Made by a program: the position numbers and the translations under genes
From: Halobacteriovoraceae bacterium
GTDB lineage: Bacteria > Bdellovibrionota > Bacteriovoracia > Bacteriovoracales > Bacteriovoracaceae
Length of the DNA: 64,000 bases
Assembly (NCBI GenBank): GCA_963719505.1
Contig: CAVRCF010000005.1
Span: forward strand, 576,001-640,000
Direction of reading: 5' to 3'
Shown here: one piece after another, positions 48,662 through 58,466 of the stretch
Numbering within the stretch: the first letter of the stretch is position 1
Layout: each line of letters opens with the position of its first letter
Notes under the pieces: model-generated
Told to the model about the DNA's origin: nothing
Database searches by the model: none
Seen by the model: only the letters and a program-made list of their open reading frames with translations

Positions 48662-51600
48662 CTAGTTCAAATGAGTATCGATATTTTTTGAAAGTTCAAA
48701 AATAAGTTCTTTGGCCAATTGCTGCGCCAATGAATCAAACCCTTCAAAATGAGAAGTTAAATCTTTTTCAGAGATATCCAATAGACAACTCTTTCTTTTC
48801 ACCCTCATTAAGCTATACCGTGGCCTTGGGTATTTAGTTTTACATTGTTCAATACTTTTATTCATCTGCTCTTTTAAATCTTTTGAAAGACTGATCTGAG
48901 TGCTCGCTTTAAATCCATCCAGATATTCTAACCAATTGTTTGCAACAAAAGACAAACTTGGCTTTGCCACAGCGCAATCACAAGAAATAGCTTTAGAGAC
49001 AAGTTGCTTTTCAACTTCCCACTCATTAACAACACTTTCACAAAGTTCTTTGTCTTTTTCAGCTTTTACTTTCTGAGAATTTACAAAGAGAGAGTTGTTA
49101 AAACGCCCAGCCGTGCTTGCCATTCGTTTTTGACATTCATTTAAAAGTGCAACTTTGGAAAAAACAAACTTCCAATTCCAATTAGTTTTTAAATTGGATT
49201 CAATGAACCTATCTTTTAACGCTTCATACTCTGTTGAAAAAGATTTCAGATCCGCATCTTTTTGCTTCTTCAAAAGAAGACAAGAAGCTTTCACAACATC
49301 ATCTTTTACTTTTTCTTGAGTATAGTAGTTAATTTCAGCCGTATAAGTTCTATTTTTTAGAAGAGACTTTATATTACTTTCACAAAGGGAATTAAACTGA
49401 TCATCGGAGTATCCAATCCAGTTCAGAGCTGAAAGATCACCCAAAGCAATGCGACTTGACTCTTTTTCAACATATTTTTTCACTTCAACAATCTCATTTT
49501 GTGCCTTTCTATTGGCCCTTTTAGAGACTTCATTTTCAAGAAGTTGAACTAACTCGTTAGAGAACTCATTCAAAGAAATGGTAATTGGATAACCACCTAG
49601 TGATGGATAGTAGGAAACGAGTTTTTGTTCTATATCTTTTTTTAAGTTCGTTAATTTTTTAGTTCTAAAATACTCAATAAGAGTCTCTTCTCTAGATAAA
49701 GCTTGATCAAAAATAGAGGAAGCACTTTCCACGATCTTCTTCTTATATTTAACTTCTTCAGTATTAAAAATATTAATGATCTCTTTATTAAAAGCATTTA
49801 CATATTTTTGACTATAAAGTTCGCTTATATATTCAAGTCCAAGAGGTGATAAATTATATTTGCCTTGAAGATAGAGCTGTATCGTTTGATCATAGTCTTT
49901 TGTGAAGTTCTCATTAATACAATTTAAAACTGATGCTTGGACAAATGTTGTTCCACCATCAATCGGAGTAATACTTCTTAGTTCCTCTTCCCTGAAAGCT
50001 CTACAATCCATGATGGACTCATTCGCTCGAGACTCAAATGAGGACTCTATCCCTTTCGTTAAAAGAGTAAATTTCTCTTTTGTTTCTTTTTTTGCTGAAT
50101 CAATTGAATTAAGCCTAATATAGGATTCAACTTCATCATCAAAAATAGAATGATTCTCGCCAAGACTAACCAGCTGATCAAGTGCACATGCTTTTATTTC
50201 TGTATCATAGTTTGACAGAGAACTTTTTCTATTTTTTAAATAGATGGTAACTGGACTACAGTTTTGAGCAAGATTCTCTCTGAGCTCTTTCCAAGTCTTT
50301 TTTATACCATCAAGTCCACCTATTTGATCAATTGCTTTGTCTATAGTTTTTGAAACTGAGTTGATAGCAGACTGCAAAACATCTGAGTCATTTTTCTCTG
50401 TAACAAGACATCCTTGATAGTTCTCCTTCCTAAAAAGAGAGAGACGAGAATAAAAATGACTTTCAACTTTTGATTCAATACAGTTTTTTTGAGCTGGCTT
50501 CAAGAGTCTTACTGAACTTGGAAAAGAGAGACTACTTCTCGAAAATCCAGAATCTTCATCTAATGAACACTCTTTTATTTGGCTCCAAAAGACTTGTGAG
50601 AAATCTTGAGTTAGAAAGTCATTTGCTTTTTCTAATTCTGACTTTTTCAAAAAGCTTGAACGATTATAAAATTTATTACTTATCACGCTGAGTTTCTTTG
50701 GGGAGATTTTCTCCATGCTACTTGCACTTATAACAAAGTTGGCGCCAGAGTCAGCAAAGTCTTCTTTATGACTTGTCCTTTGATAACCTCTAACAAAGCC
50801 TTCTTCTTTGATCTTTTCTTTATCTACAATCCACATCATTTCTACAACTTCGTACTCTTCTCTTACGCCGTTAACTGTTCTGTACTTCGTTGTTTTCCCC
50901 TCTCCCCATGACCATGAAAGATTAACCCAATCTTCATAGCCTGAAAAATGTTCTGAGGCAGCTTGATCACCAAATGTGAAGTCGAGAGCATGACTGAGCT
51001 CGTGAATAACAGTGTGAATATAGTGACCTCTAACAAGATTTGAGTTTTTATCAAACCTTACATCTTGATCCGTTAAAAATATTGTTCCCGGATTTTTCTT
51101 TGAGCCATAAGAGTAGCTAAACTGACCAGCAACGAGGACTCCAGGAGAGGTTCCATCTGGAAATCGGTGCAATGTAGAAACAAGAATATTTCTGTAATCA
51201 TCTGAGACAATTTGAGAAACCATATTGAGAAGCTTTAACTCATTGTCTGGAAATAAATAGTCTTTAGCCGACCTGTTTTCATCTCTTCTGTATCCTGGAA
51301 TAAGGTCGAGAGTTGATATTCCTGAACCCATTGTAAGAAACCAATGATAAATTCTATAGCCCTCATCCGCTTCTTTATTACCATAGGCAATATTCAACAA
51401 GCACACAAGAGAGTCACAACTTTTTGACTCCTCAGAAAAATACATCTGCTCATAAAAACGACTTATATAATGCGTTTCCGCCGCTTTAAGGCTTGTAAAT
51501 TTAAACTTATCCGGCACTTCAACTCGAGTGGTATAAGCTTTTTCTAGAGTTTCGATATCCGTTTTGATTCTATCGATTCCAAATTCATCGATAAAGCAAC

Positions 51601-51739
51601 TTTCATCACCAATTTTTGCTGGCATCCTAATTTGTTGAGAGTCTCGTTTATCAAACTGGTTAAGAAAGGATAGCTTTGTATAGTCTTTTGAGCAGCTAAA
51701 TACCATAAGGCAGGTCAACAGGATAAAAAATTTATTCAC
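48662..51739 (-). CDS. Large lipoprotein with HExxH zinc-metallopeptidase domain
   Basis: GGAGG then GTG start; lipobox VFSC; VIHELSHALD and downstream YQRTSHKEDFADS. Confidence 0.75.
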   Translation of the reverse strand: MNKFFILLTCLMVFSCSKDYTKLSFLNQFDKRDSQQIRMPAKIGDESCFIDEFGIDRIKTDIETLEKAYTTRVEVPDKFKFTSLKAAETHYISRFYEQMYFSEESKSCDSLVCLLNIAYGNKEADEGYRIYHWFLTMGSGISTLDLIPGYRRDENRSAKDYLFPDNELKLLNMVSQIVSDDYRNILVSTLHRFPDGTSPGVLVAGQFSYSYGSKKNPGTIFLTDQDVRFDKNSNLVRGHYIHTVIHELSHALDFTFGDQAASEHFSGYEDWVNLSWSWGEGKTTKYRTVNGVREEYEVVEMMWIVDKEKIKEEGFVRGYQRTSHKEDFADSGANFVISASSMEKISPKKLSVISNKFYNRSSFLKKSELEKANDFLTQDFSQVFWSQIKECSLDEDSGFSRSSLSFPSSVRLLKPAQKNCIESKVESHFYSRLSLFRKENYQGCLVTEKNDSDVLQSAINSVSKTIDKAIDQIGGLDGIKKTWKELRENLAQNCSPVTIYLKNRKSSLSNYDTEIKACALDQLVSLGENHSIFDDEVESYIRLNSIDSAKKETKEKFTLLTKGIESSFESRANESIMDCRAFREEELRSITPIDGGTTFVQASVLNCINENFTKDYDQTIQLYLQGKYNLSPLGLEYISELYSQKYVNAFNKEIINIFNTEEVKYKKKIVESASSIFDQALSREETLIEYFRTKKLTNLKKDIEQKLVSYYPSLGGYPITISLNEFSNELVQLLENEVSKRANRKAQNEIVEVKKYVEKESSRIALGDLSALNWIGYSDDQFNSLCESNIKSLLKNRTYTAEINYYTQEKVKDDVVKASCLLLKKQKDADLKSFSTEYEALKDRFIESNLKTNWNWKFVFSKVALLNECQKRMASTAGRFNNSLFVNSQKVKAEKDKELCESVVNEWEVEKQLVSKAISCDCAVAKPSLSFVANNWLEYLDGFKASTQISLSKDLKEQMNKSIEQCKTKYPRPRYSLMRVKRKSCLLDISEKDLTSHFEGFDSLAQQLAKELIFELSKNIDTHLN

Positions 51740-52151
51740 CTTTAACCTCCAAATCTTTTGCAACTCTTAAAACTCTTCCAGATTCATCAAAAACTAATGT
51801 CACACCTTTTTTGGTATTTATTAATTTATAACTTTTAGTATGTTCTGTTTGTTCATAGACATTAATTTTAAAGTCATCATCTTTATAGAGATGTCGCCAA
51901 TACTGGATAGAAACTTCTCGGCCTTTTGGCTTTTGAAACTTCATGTGAACCAGATCATCTTTCACTTGAAAACTTTTATCCTCGTAATGATACATCGTAG
52001 ATTTTTCATCAATCTTACTTTCTGTCATGCTTGAAGGCGAGCCCTCTTTGGCGATCAGCTCATCCACTGAAGGAAGGCTCTTTTTGGAATTCGTCCCCTT
52101 CTCCCCACAACTGATGAGAGCAAAAGAGAGTATAATCATTACTAGTTTCAA
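51732..52151 (-). CDS. Hypothetical lipoprotein
   Basis: GGAGG RBS, lipobox LISC; stop overlaps the peptidase start. Confidence 0.75.
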   Translation of the reverse strand: MKLVMIILSFALISCGEKGTNSKKSLPSVDELIAKEGSPSSMTESKIDEKSTMYHYEDKSFQVKDDLVHMKFQKPKGREVSIQYWRHLYKDDDFKINVYEQTEHTKSYKLINTKKGVTLVFDESGRVLRVAKDLEVKGE

Positions 52152-52178
52152 AGAAACCTCCGTTATCTATTCAGATTC

Positions 52179-52205
52179 TTATCGGTTATCATTGAAAGTC
52201 TTTTA
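52179..52205 (-). promoter_or_regulatory. sigma28/FliA promoter
   Basis: TAAA-N15-ACCGATAA, near-perfect consensus. Confidence 0.7.
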
Positions 52206-52334
52206 ATTTATCTGTATTGACTGAGTGAATAGCTCCAGAAAAGAGAAAAACTGCCCACAAAAGCAGAAATTTGAACTAAAATGAGTTACACTCTAGTGAT
52301 AATTTTGACTGAAATACAGTAATAGTGAGGTATC

Positions 52335-52691
52335 GTGATGAGCTTTAAAGACCAAATCCTTAAAAATTTAGAACAAAATGGTTACCCAAGTAAAAAGGTC
52401 TCCTTTGATTTAGAAAAGCTCTATGAGCTAGCTGATGCCAAATCAGAGTCTCTCAACAATATATTAGAGGATCTCACCAATAGTGGAACCGCTCACAAAA
52501 AAGAGGGTGATAAAATAATTTTTTATCAAGAGTCAAAAGGTGATCATGAAGAAATGATGAAAAAGGCAAATGAAGCTATGGCCAATATGAGTGAAGAAGA
52601 ATTGAATAAGATCAAAGAGATGGCCGAAAATATGAGTGATGAAGAAAAAGCTCAAATGATGGAGCAAGCAAAGAAAATGGGACTATTTTAA
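52335..52691 (+). CDS. Hypothetical protein with M/E/K-rich helical tail
   Basis: GAGG RBS; repeated NMSEEE/NMSDEE; coupled to the next gene. Confidence 0.7.
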   Translation: MMSFKDQILKNLEQNGYPSKKVSFDLEKLYELADAKSESLNNILEDLTNSGTAHKKEGDKIIFYQESKGDHEEMMKKANEAMANMSEEELNKIKEMAENMSDEEKAQMMEQAKKMGLF

Positions 52692-53446
52692 TGAATATAT
52701 TTTTACTTCGAGGTCTGGTAAGAGAAAAAGAGCATTGGGGAGCATTTAAAGATGAAGTTCAAAAAGCTTTTCCTAAGGCCAATATTATCACTCCTGAGAT
52801 TCAAGGTGTTGGGCAATATGTTGAGATGATCAGTCCCAACAACTTTGATGATATGATCGAGTTTATGCGCAATAATCACCTTGAAAAATTTGGGCAAGAA
52901 GAAGAAAATATCCTTTTGGCCATGAGTCTAGGTGGTATGATTACCAGGCGCTGGATTGAGCTTCATCCTGCTGATTTTAATAAAATAATTTTAGTCAACA
53001 CCAGCTTTAAGGGTATTAACTCTCTCTTTCACAGGCTAAAGCCAGAAGCAATCCTAAATTTTTTAAAAATATTTGCTACCCCCAAAATTGAAGATAGAGA
53101 AAGAAAGATCGTTAAAATGGTCAGTAATAATGATAGCAACCATGAAGAAATTATAAAAAATTGGATTGAAATTCAAAAGAAAAGACCAGTTAAGAGATCG
53201 AGCTTTATCAATCAAATTAAAGCAGCTCTAACTTTTAGTCCAGCTCAAACATGGCCAAAAGAAACTCCACTACTCATTCTAGGGGCAAAGAGTGATAGGC
53301 TTTGTTCAGTGGAGAGCAGTGTGAAGTTACACGAAGTCTGGGGTGGTGTCCTTCATCTAAACGAGAAAGCTGGTCACGATCTTCCCATTGACGACTCACC
53401 CTGGATGTTAGAAAAGATAAAGAGCTGGTTAGAAGCGGAGAAATAG
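52691..53446 (+). CDS. Alpha/beta hydrolase
   Basis: LLRGLVRE..HW, AMSLGG nucleophile elbow, DRL, GHDLP. Confidence 0.88.
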   Translation: MNIFLLRGLVREKEHWGAFKDEVQKAFPKANIITPEIQGVGQYVEMISPNNFDDMIEFMRNNHLEKFGQEEENILLAMSLGGMITRRWIELHPADFNKIILVNTSFKGINSLFHRLKPEAILNFLKIFATPKIEDRERKIVKMVSNNDSNHEEIIKNWIEIQKKRPVKRSSFINQIKAALTFSPAQTWPKETPLLILGAKSDRLCSVESSVKLHEVWGGVLHLNEKAGHDLPIDDSPWMLEKIKSWLEAEK

Positions 53447-56158
53447 ATGTTTAAAGTTGGACAAAGATGGTTTTCAGAAGCCGAGCCCGAGCTAGGACTT
53501 GGGACAATAATAGAGGTTGTAGACAAGCAAATAAAAGTTGCCTTTAACGCCTCCGAAGAAGAGAGAACGTATGGGAGTAAAACAGCTCCCCTAAAGCGGC
53601 TTCATTATAGTGTTGGCGATGAAATCCAAACCAGCGAAGGAACAAAACATATCGTTACTGAAGCCATAGATAATGACGGATTGATGACCTATCTGTGTGG
53701 CGAGACTAAAATAGATGAAGCCTTTCTGAAGGCTGATCTCAATTTTTCAAAACCCCATGACAAACTTTTTGCTGGCGCATTTGATGAACCAGCACTTTTT
53801 AATTTAAGATATGAGTCGTTTCTAAAGAAAAGGGCCTACCAACAGTTTAAGCATAAAGGTCTCTTAGGTTCGAGAGTCCGTCTCATTCCCCACCAAGTCT
53901 TTTTAAGTGGTTCTATTTCTGAAAGAATGAATCCAAAAGTTATGTTAGCAGACGAAGTTGGTTTGGGTAAAACGATCGAAGCGGGTTTAGTTTTAAACTC
54001 TCTGATTGAGAAACATAAGGTTCACCGAGCACTTGTCATCGTTCCTGACTCCTTGGTCTATCAGTGGTTTTTTGAACTTCAAAACAAGTTTAATATAACA
54101 GCAAAAACGATGAGTTTAACCGATGAACTTGGAATAGAAGCTGAAGATCTTGAAGAGGGTTCTCACTATGTCATCAGTTTAGGAAGGCTTGTTGAAGACG
54201 ATAGACTTAGAGAAAATGTACTGAGCACCACTGACTGGGATATTCTCATTATTGATGAAGCCCACTCTCTTAAGTGGACCAAGGAGCAGTCATCACCTGA
54301 GTTTGATTTGGCAAAGAATTTGTCAAAGATCATCCCCTCTTTGATACTCCTTAGTGCGACTCCAGAGATTTTAGGTGTAGAGGGACATTTCTCAAGGCTT
54401 AATCTTCTTGATGAAAGTAAGTTTTCCAATCTTGAAAAATATCTCGCTGATTCTAAAAAGTATAGAGATCACTTACCTTTAATTTCAAAGATTATTGCAA
54501 ATAATCATACCAATGATGATTTAAAATCTTATTTTTCTGATGATGATATTAGCAGTTTAAAAAATCATGGTGAAATTATCAAAGCCCTCATCGATCGACA
54601 CGGTACTGGACGGGTTTATTTTAGAAATACGAGAGAGTATCTTGAAAAATTCGATTTATTTTTTCCCAAACGAAAACTTCATGATTACCCTATTTCAATT
54701 GATGGCGAAATTAATGATAAAATTGTCTTCTCAAAAAAATTACTTCTCCTTAAAAAGGTTCTAGAAGAAAACGAAGATGAGAAAGTTTTATTATTAGTTC
54801 AGTCAAAGGTCATCGCTTTGAAAATTCAAAGGCAACTCGAAAGCCTCACTTCCATCGATGTCGGTCTGTTCCACTCTGGACAATCCTTAATGGAAAGAGA
54901 CAGACAAGCCGCCTATTTCGCCAATCCTGATGGTGCTCGCATTCTCCTGTGTACCGAAATTGGAAGTGAAGGACGAAACTTTGAGTTTGCCCATCATCTC
55001 TACCTTTTCGATCTTCCAAAACTTCCTGAGCAACTAGAACAAAGAATAGGACGCCTCGATAGAATTGGTCAGAAGAAGAATATCAATATTCACGTCCCTT
55101 TTATCAAAGGAACTTTTGAAGAGATTTTATTTAGATGGTATAGCGAAGTTATTGGATCTTTTACAGCTGCGCCTAAGGGGGCGACAAGTTTTTATTCAAT
55201 AAACCGAGAGGAGTTTCAAAAGCTTCTTATTGAAAGATTTAACTCAGATCATCTCTCTGATTTTATCGAAAGAAAAAAACAAGAGTATGCCAAGCTTTGT
55301 CAGGAACTCAGCCAAGGACATGATGCTCTACTAGATCTCAACTCCTTTAACAAAGAAGAAGCTTTTAAAATTATTGAGACCATTAAATCATTTAACGAAA
55401 ATAATAATTTACAAGAATACCTCGAATTGTCATCTGAAGCTTGTGGACTTCATCTTGAAGAGCTTTCAAAAGATGTCTTTTTTATAAGACCCAATGACAA
55501 TATGCTCATCCCCTCTTATCCAGCACTCGACAGTGAAGGCTTTAGCTTTACAAAAGATAGAGATATGGCACTCGTTCGTGATGATTTAAAATACCTTACT
55601 TGGGAACATCCACTTGTGCGCGGAACCATTGATCTATTCTCTCAATCAGAAATTGGTAATATGACAGCTGTCACTCATAATGGGATCTTAGGTCAGGATG
55701 TTTTCTTCGAGTTTATTTTTAAACTAGAATGTGTAGGGAGCGAATCCTCAGAGATAACTAGGTTTCTTCCGTTAACACCAATCAGGGTTCTCCTTGACTC
55801 CAAAGCACAAGATGTGACGGCGAAAATTCCAAAAGCCAAAATTGACAAAATTAGTGACCCCTCTGTGGCCGTTGATAGGAAACAGCAAATATCAAAAATT
55901 CCAAAAGATGCATTTAAGGAATTTCTTATCAAAGCTGGAAAGCTTGCAAGCTCAAGATCTGAAAAGTACAAAACCATGGGGCTTGAGGCATTAACGATGT
56001 TTTGCAAAGGTGAGATTGGTCGATTAGAGTCTTTAAAGAAATCAAATGATCTTATTAAAGACAGTGATATTCAGCAGTGGCAAGACTTCTTTGAGAATTC
56101 AAAGTCAAATATTATTGATGCTAAAATTTCTATTGATTCAATTCGAGTTATTCTTTAA
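53447..56158 (+). CDS. rapA: RNA polymerase-associated SNF2 ATPase RapA/HepA
   Basis: VGQRWFSEAEPELGLG, LADEVGLGKTIEAG, DEAH, LSATP, DRHGTGRV, EIGSEGRNF, EQRIGRLDRIGQ, TWEHP. Confidence 0.95.
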   Translation: MFKVGQRWFSEAEPELGLGTIIEVVDKQIKVAFNASEEERTYGSKTAPLKRLHYSVGDEIQTSEGTKHIVTEAIDNDGLMTYLCGETKIDEAFLKADLNFSKPHDKLFAGAFDEPALFNLRYESFLKKRAYQQFKHKGLLGSRVRLIPHQVFLSGSISERMNPKVMLADEVGLGKTIEAGLVLNSLIEKHKVHRALVIVPDSLVYQWFFELQNKFNITAKTMSLTDELGIEAEDLEEGSHYVISLGRLVEDDRLRENVLSTTDWDILIIDEAHSLKWTKEQSSPEFDLAKNLSKIIPSLILLSATPEILGVEGHFSRLNLLDESKFSNLEKYLADSKKYRDHLPLISKIIANNHTNDDLKSYFSDDDISSLKNHGEIIKALIDRHGTGRVYFRNTREYLEKFDLFFPKRKLHDYPISIDGEINDKIVFSKKLLLLKKVLEENEDEKVLLLVQSKVIALKIQRQLESLTSIDVGLFHSGQSLMERDRQAAYFANPDGARILLCTEIGSEGRNFEFAHHLYLFDLPKLPEQLEQRIGRLDRIGQKKNINIHVPFIKGTFEEILFRWYSEVIGSFTAAPKGATSFYSINREEFQKLLIERFNSDHLSDFIERKKQEYAKLCQELSQGHDALLDLNSFNKEEAFKIIETIKSFNENNNLQEYLELSSEACGLHLEELSKDVFFIRPNDNMLIPSYPALDSEGFSFTKDRDMALVRDDLKYLTWEHPLVRGTIDLFSQSEIGNMTAVTHNGILGQDVFFEFIFKLECVGSESSEITRFLPLTPIRVLLDSKAQDVTAKIPKAKIDKISDPSVAVDRKQQISKIPKDAFKEFLIKAGKLASSRSEKYKTMGLEALTMFCKGEIGRLESLKKSNDLIKDSDIQQWQDFFENSKSNIIDAKISIDSIRVIL

Positions 56159-56163
56159 TCGTT

Positions 56164-56928
56164 TTAAAAGTTAAATCTTACATCGTCCGCAAAAAGTGGA
56201 TGAAGCCTTGATTCACCAAGCTCCGTAATCTCTTTTAAAAGTTGTTCTTGATAATTGGGTTTTAAATGTCCCAGATAAACAGGGATATCAGCTGGCATTT
56301 TTAAAAGTTCTTTTTTCATACTGTTTGGCGTGTGGTGATCTGAAAGATCAGCGATATTCTGTAAAAAATTAGGAAAGCTAACTTCAGTAAAGATGGCCTT
56401 TAAATTTTTTATATTCTTTGCAACTTCCCAAATTTCATCTGTGGCTTTTGTATCAAGGGTAAAGAGAACAGCGGTCTCTCCTTTCTCGATGATGAATCCC
56501 ATCGCCCCACCGGGGTGATTGACATAAACGGGAGTGACTTTATATCCACCAACTGTGAAAGCCTTTTTGTTTTCGATATTGTTAAAATTAATTGTTGGAT
56601 TCTCAGGCGTTGGCAATTTTGAAAAATCTGGCCAGATTGTCTCATTGAAAATATGGGTTTTTATCGACTCGTGTACTCGTTTGTCGGAGTATACTTCAAA
56701 AGGTGATTTTTTTAAGCCAAAACAATTATCACAAATAAAAGCGAGATCTTTAATATGGTCAAGATGGGAGTGAGAGATGAGAATATTATCAATTTTTAAT
56801 TGATCTTCAATATCTAAACCACTGGCCACACTTCCAGCATCAATCAGCAGTGAATCATCAATGAGATAGCTTGTGGCGTGATAATTTTTAGTGACGCCTC
56901 CATGGCCTCCGATAATTTTAACTTGCAT
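56164..56928 (-). CDS. MBL-fold 3',5'-cyclic-nucleotide phosphodiesterase (class II-like)
   Basis: GGHGG, IDAGS, SHSHLDH, IFNETIWPDF, EVSFPN, HHTP, HLKP. Confidence 0.8.
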   Translation of the reverse strand: MQVKIIGGHGGVTKNYHATSYLIDDSLLIDAGSVASGLDIEDQLKIDNILISHSHLDHIKDLAFICDNCFGLKKSPFEVYSDKRVHESIKTHIFNETIWPDFSKLPTPENPTINFNNIENKKAFTVGGYKVTPVYVNHPGGAMGFIIEKGETAVLFTLDTKATDEIWEVAKNIKNLKAIFTEVSFPNFLQNIADLSDHHTPNSMKKELLKMPADIPVYLGHLKPNYQEQLLKEITELGESRLHPLFADDVRFNF

Positions 56929-56996
56929 TGAATCCCTTTATTGTCCTTATATATTAAGCCAATTTAAGAATTTAAACAAAATAAAATAAGAAAAAC

Positions 56997-57824
56997 CTAT
57001 TTCTTTCCGATGGCTTGGTAAATATCCTTAGCGTTTCCGTCGGTTATCTCGGCTAAAAGCTTACTCACCTTTTTTGGACTTGCACCCGCTTCAATAATCT
57101 CCATGGCCATCTCTCTAATTTTTTTTGATCCCCCTTGGTTTTTATTTGAGCTGGTAAACAGGATAACAAACTCACCTTTGAGGACAACTTGATCTTTAAT
57201 ACTCTCCCATTCTGATCCCAAAAAGCGATGAACAGATTCGTGAGTTTTAGTGAGTTCTCTGGCAATACAGAAGCTTTCATCTGGATAGCTACTTGTCAGT
57301 TCATTGAGAGTTTTCTCGACTCGACTTACTCCTTCAAAAAAAATGTGAGTCCCGTATTGATTCATACATTCCTCAAAAAAACTTATTTTTTTACCATTGT
57401 CTCTTGGAATAAATGAATGGAAGTGAAATGGACTCGGAGGCAGAGCACTTAACTCAAGGGCCGCTATAACCGCAGAGACTCCAGGTGCAGAGCTTATTGG
57501 AAGATCATTTTCTTTAGCTGCTAAGACAAGAGGAAAACTTGGATCTGAGATGATCGGACTTCCGGCATCACTGACGACGGTAACACAACTATTTTTCATC
57601 ATTGAAACCACTGAGCTGGTTTTCATCTCCCCTGTGTGGTCGTGGAAAGAATTTATTTTTTTGCCATCAAGGTCAATATCATTATGTTTACAAAATTCAC
57701 GAAAAACTCTGGTATCTTCGGCATAAATTATTGTAGAAGCTATGAGATCCTCTTTTGCCCTTTGAGTAAGATCCCTATTATTTCCAATGGGTAGAGTTAC
57801 TAAATGTATTCCTGACTTATTCAC
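56997..57824 (-). CDS. rsmI: 16S rRNA C1402 2'-O-methyltransferase
   Basis: LPIGN..DLT.RA, AEDTR, VSDAGSPIISDP, PGVSA, ARELTKTHE; GGAG then GTG at 57824. Confidence 0.93.
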   Translation of the reverse strand: MNKSGIHLVTLPIGNNRDLTQRAKEDLIASTIIYAEDTRVFREFCKHNDIDLDGKKINSFHDHTGEMKTSSVVSMMKNSCVTVVSDAGSPIISDPSFPLVLAAKENDLPISSAPGVSAVIAALELSALPPSPFHFHSFIPRDNGKKISFFEECMNQYGTHIFFEGVSRVEKTLNELTSSYPDESFCIARELTKTHESVHRFLGSEWESIKDQVVLKGEFVILFTSSNKNQGGSKKIREMAMEIIEAGASPKKVSKLLAEITDGNAKDIYQAIGKK

Positions 57825-57944
57825 TTTGGTCTCCTTTGACACTTTCTTCACTCTATCATTGAATTTGGACGCATGTTAGTATGAGTAAAAGCTTAACGCC
57901 AATTGAGAGGTATTCAAGGGGCAATTTATACAGGAGAAATACAC

Positions 57945-58346
57945 ATGTCAATGAACGCAAATGTCTTAAGAGATGCACTTGGTAATATCACGATTCAAAT
58001 GTCAGGAGATCTCGACTATGAAAATAGTATGCCACTTCGTCGTGAATTGAATGAATTATCTACTGAAAATCCACACTCAAGAATTACAGTTGATCTAGGT
58101 GGAGTTGACTTTGTTGGCTCAAGCGGAATCTGCCATTTTGTTGAAACAATTCAAATCATCAATAAAGATAAAAATGAGACGTCTAAGATCTCTCTCTCTA
58201 ATGTCTCTCGGGACTTTAGAAAAGTATTCAAACTTTATACAGCTGAAGAAGCTGAGCTCATTTGGGATGAAATGGATCTGGATTCGGATGATACATCTAA
58301 CTTGAACTCGAACTTTGGCAATAGAAAAAGAACTTTTCAAAACTAA
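57945..58346 (+). CDS. STAS-domain anti-sigma-factor antagonist
   Basis: GDLDYE, VDLGGVDFVGSSGI; AGGAG RBS. Confidence 0.85.
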   Translation: MSMNANVLRDALGNITIQMSGDLDYENSMPLRRELNELSTENPHSRITVDLGGVDFVGSSGICHFVETIQIINKDKNETSKISLSNVSRDFRKVFKLYTAEEAELIWDEMDLDSDDTSNLNSNFGNRKRTFQN

Positions 58347-58372
58347 GAATATTTAAATTTTTTAGCACTTCT

Positions 58373-58398
58373 GGGCACTCAGTTTGAGTGCCTTTTTT
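58373..58398 (+). terminator. Intrinsic terminator
   Basis: GGGCACTC-AGTTT-GAGTGCC followed by T6. Confidence 0.8.
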
Positions 58399-58466
58399 AA
58401 TTGACGCACGCCTTTGCTCATGAGAGTTTGGACCATACTAAAATTTCTCATTTAAAAGGCGCTCTC

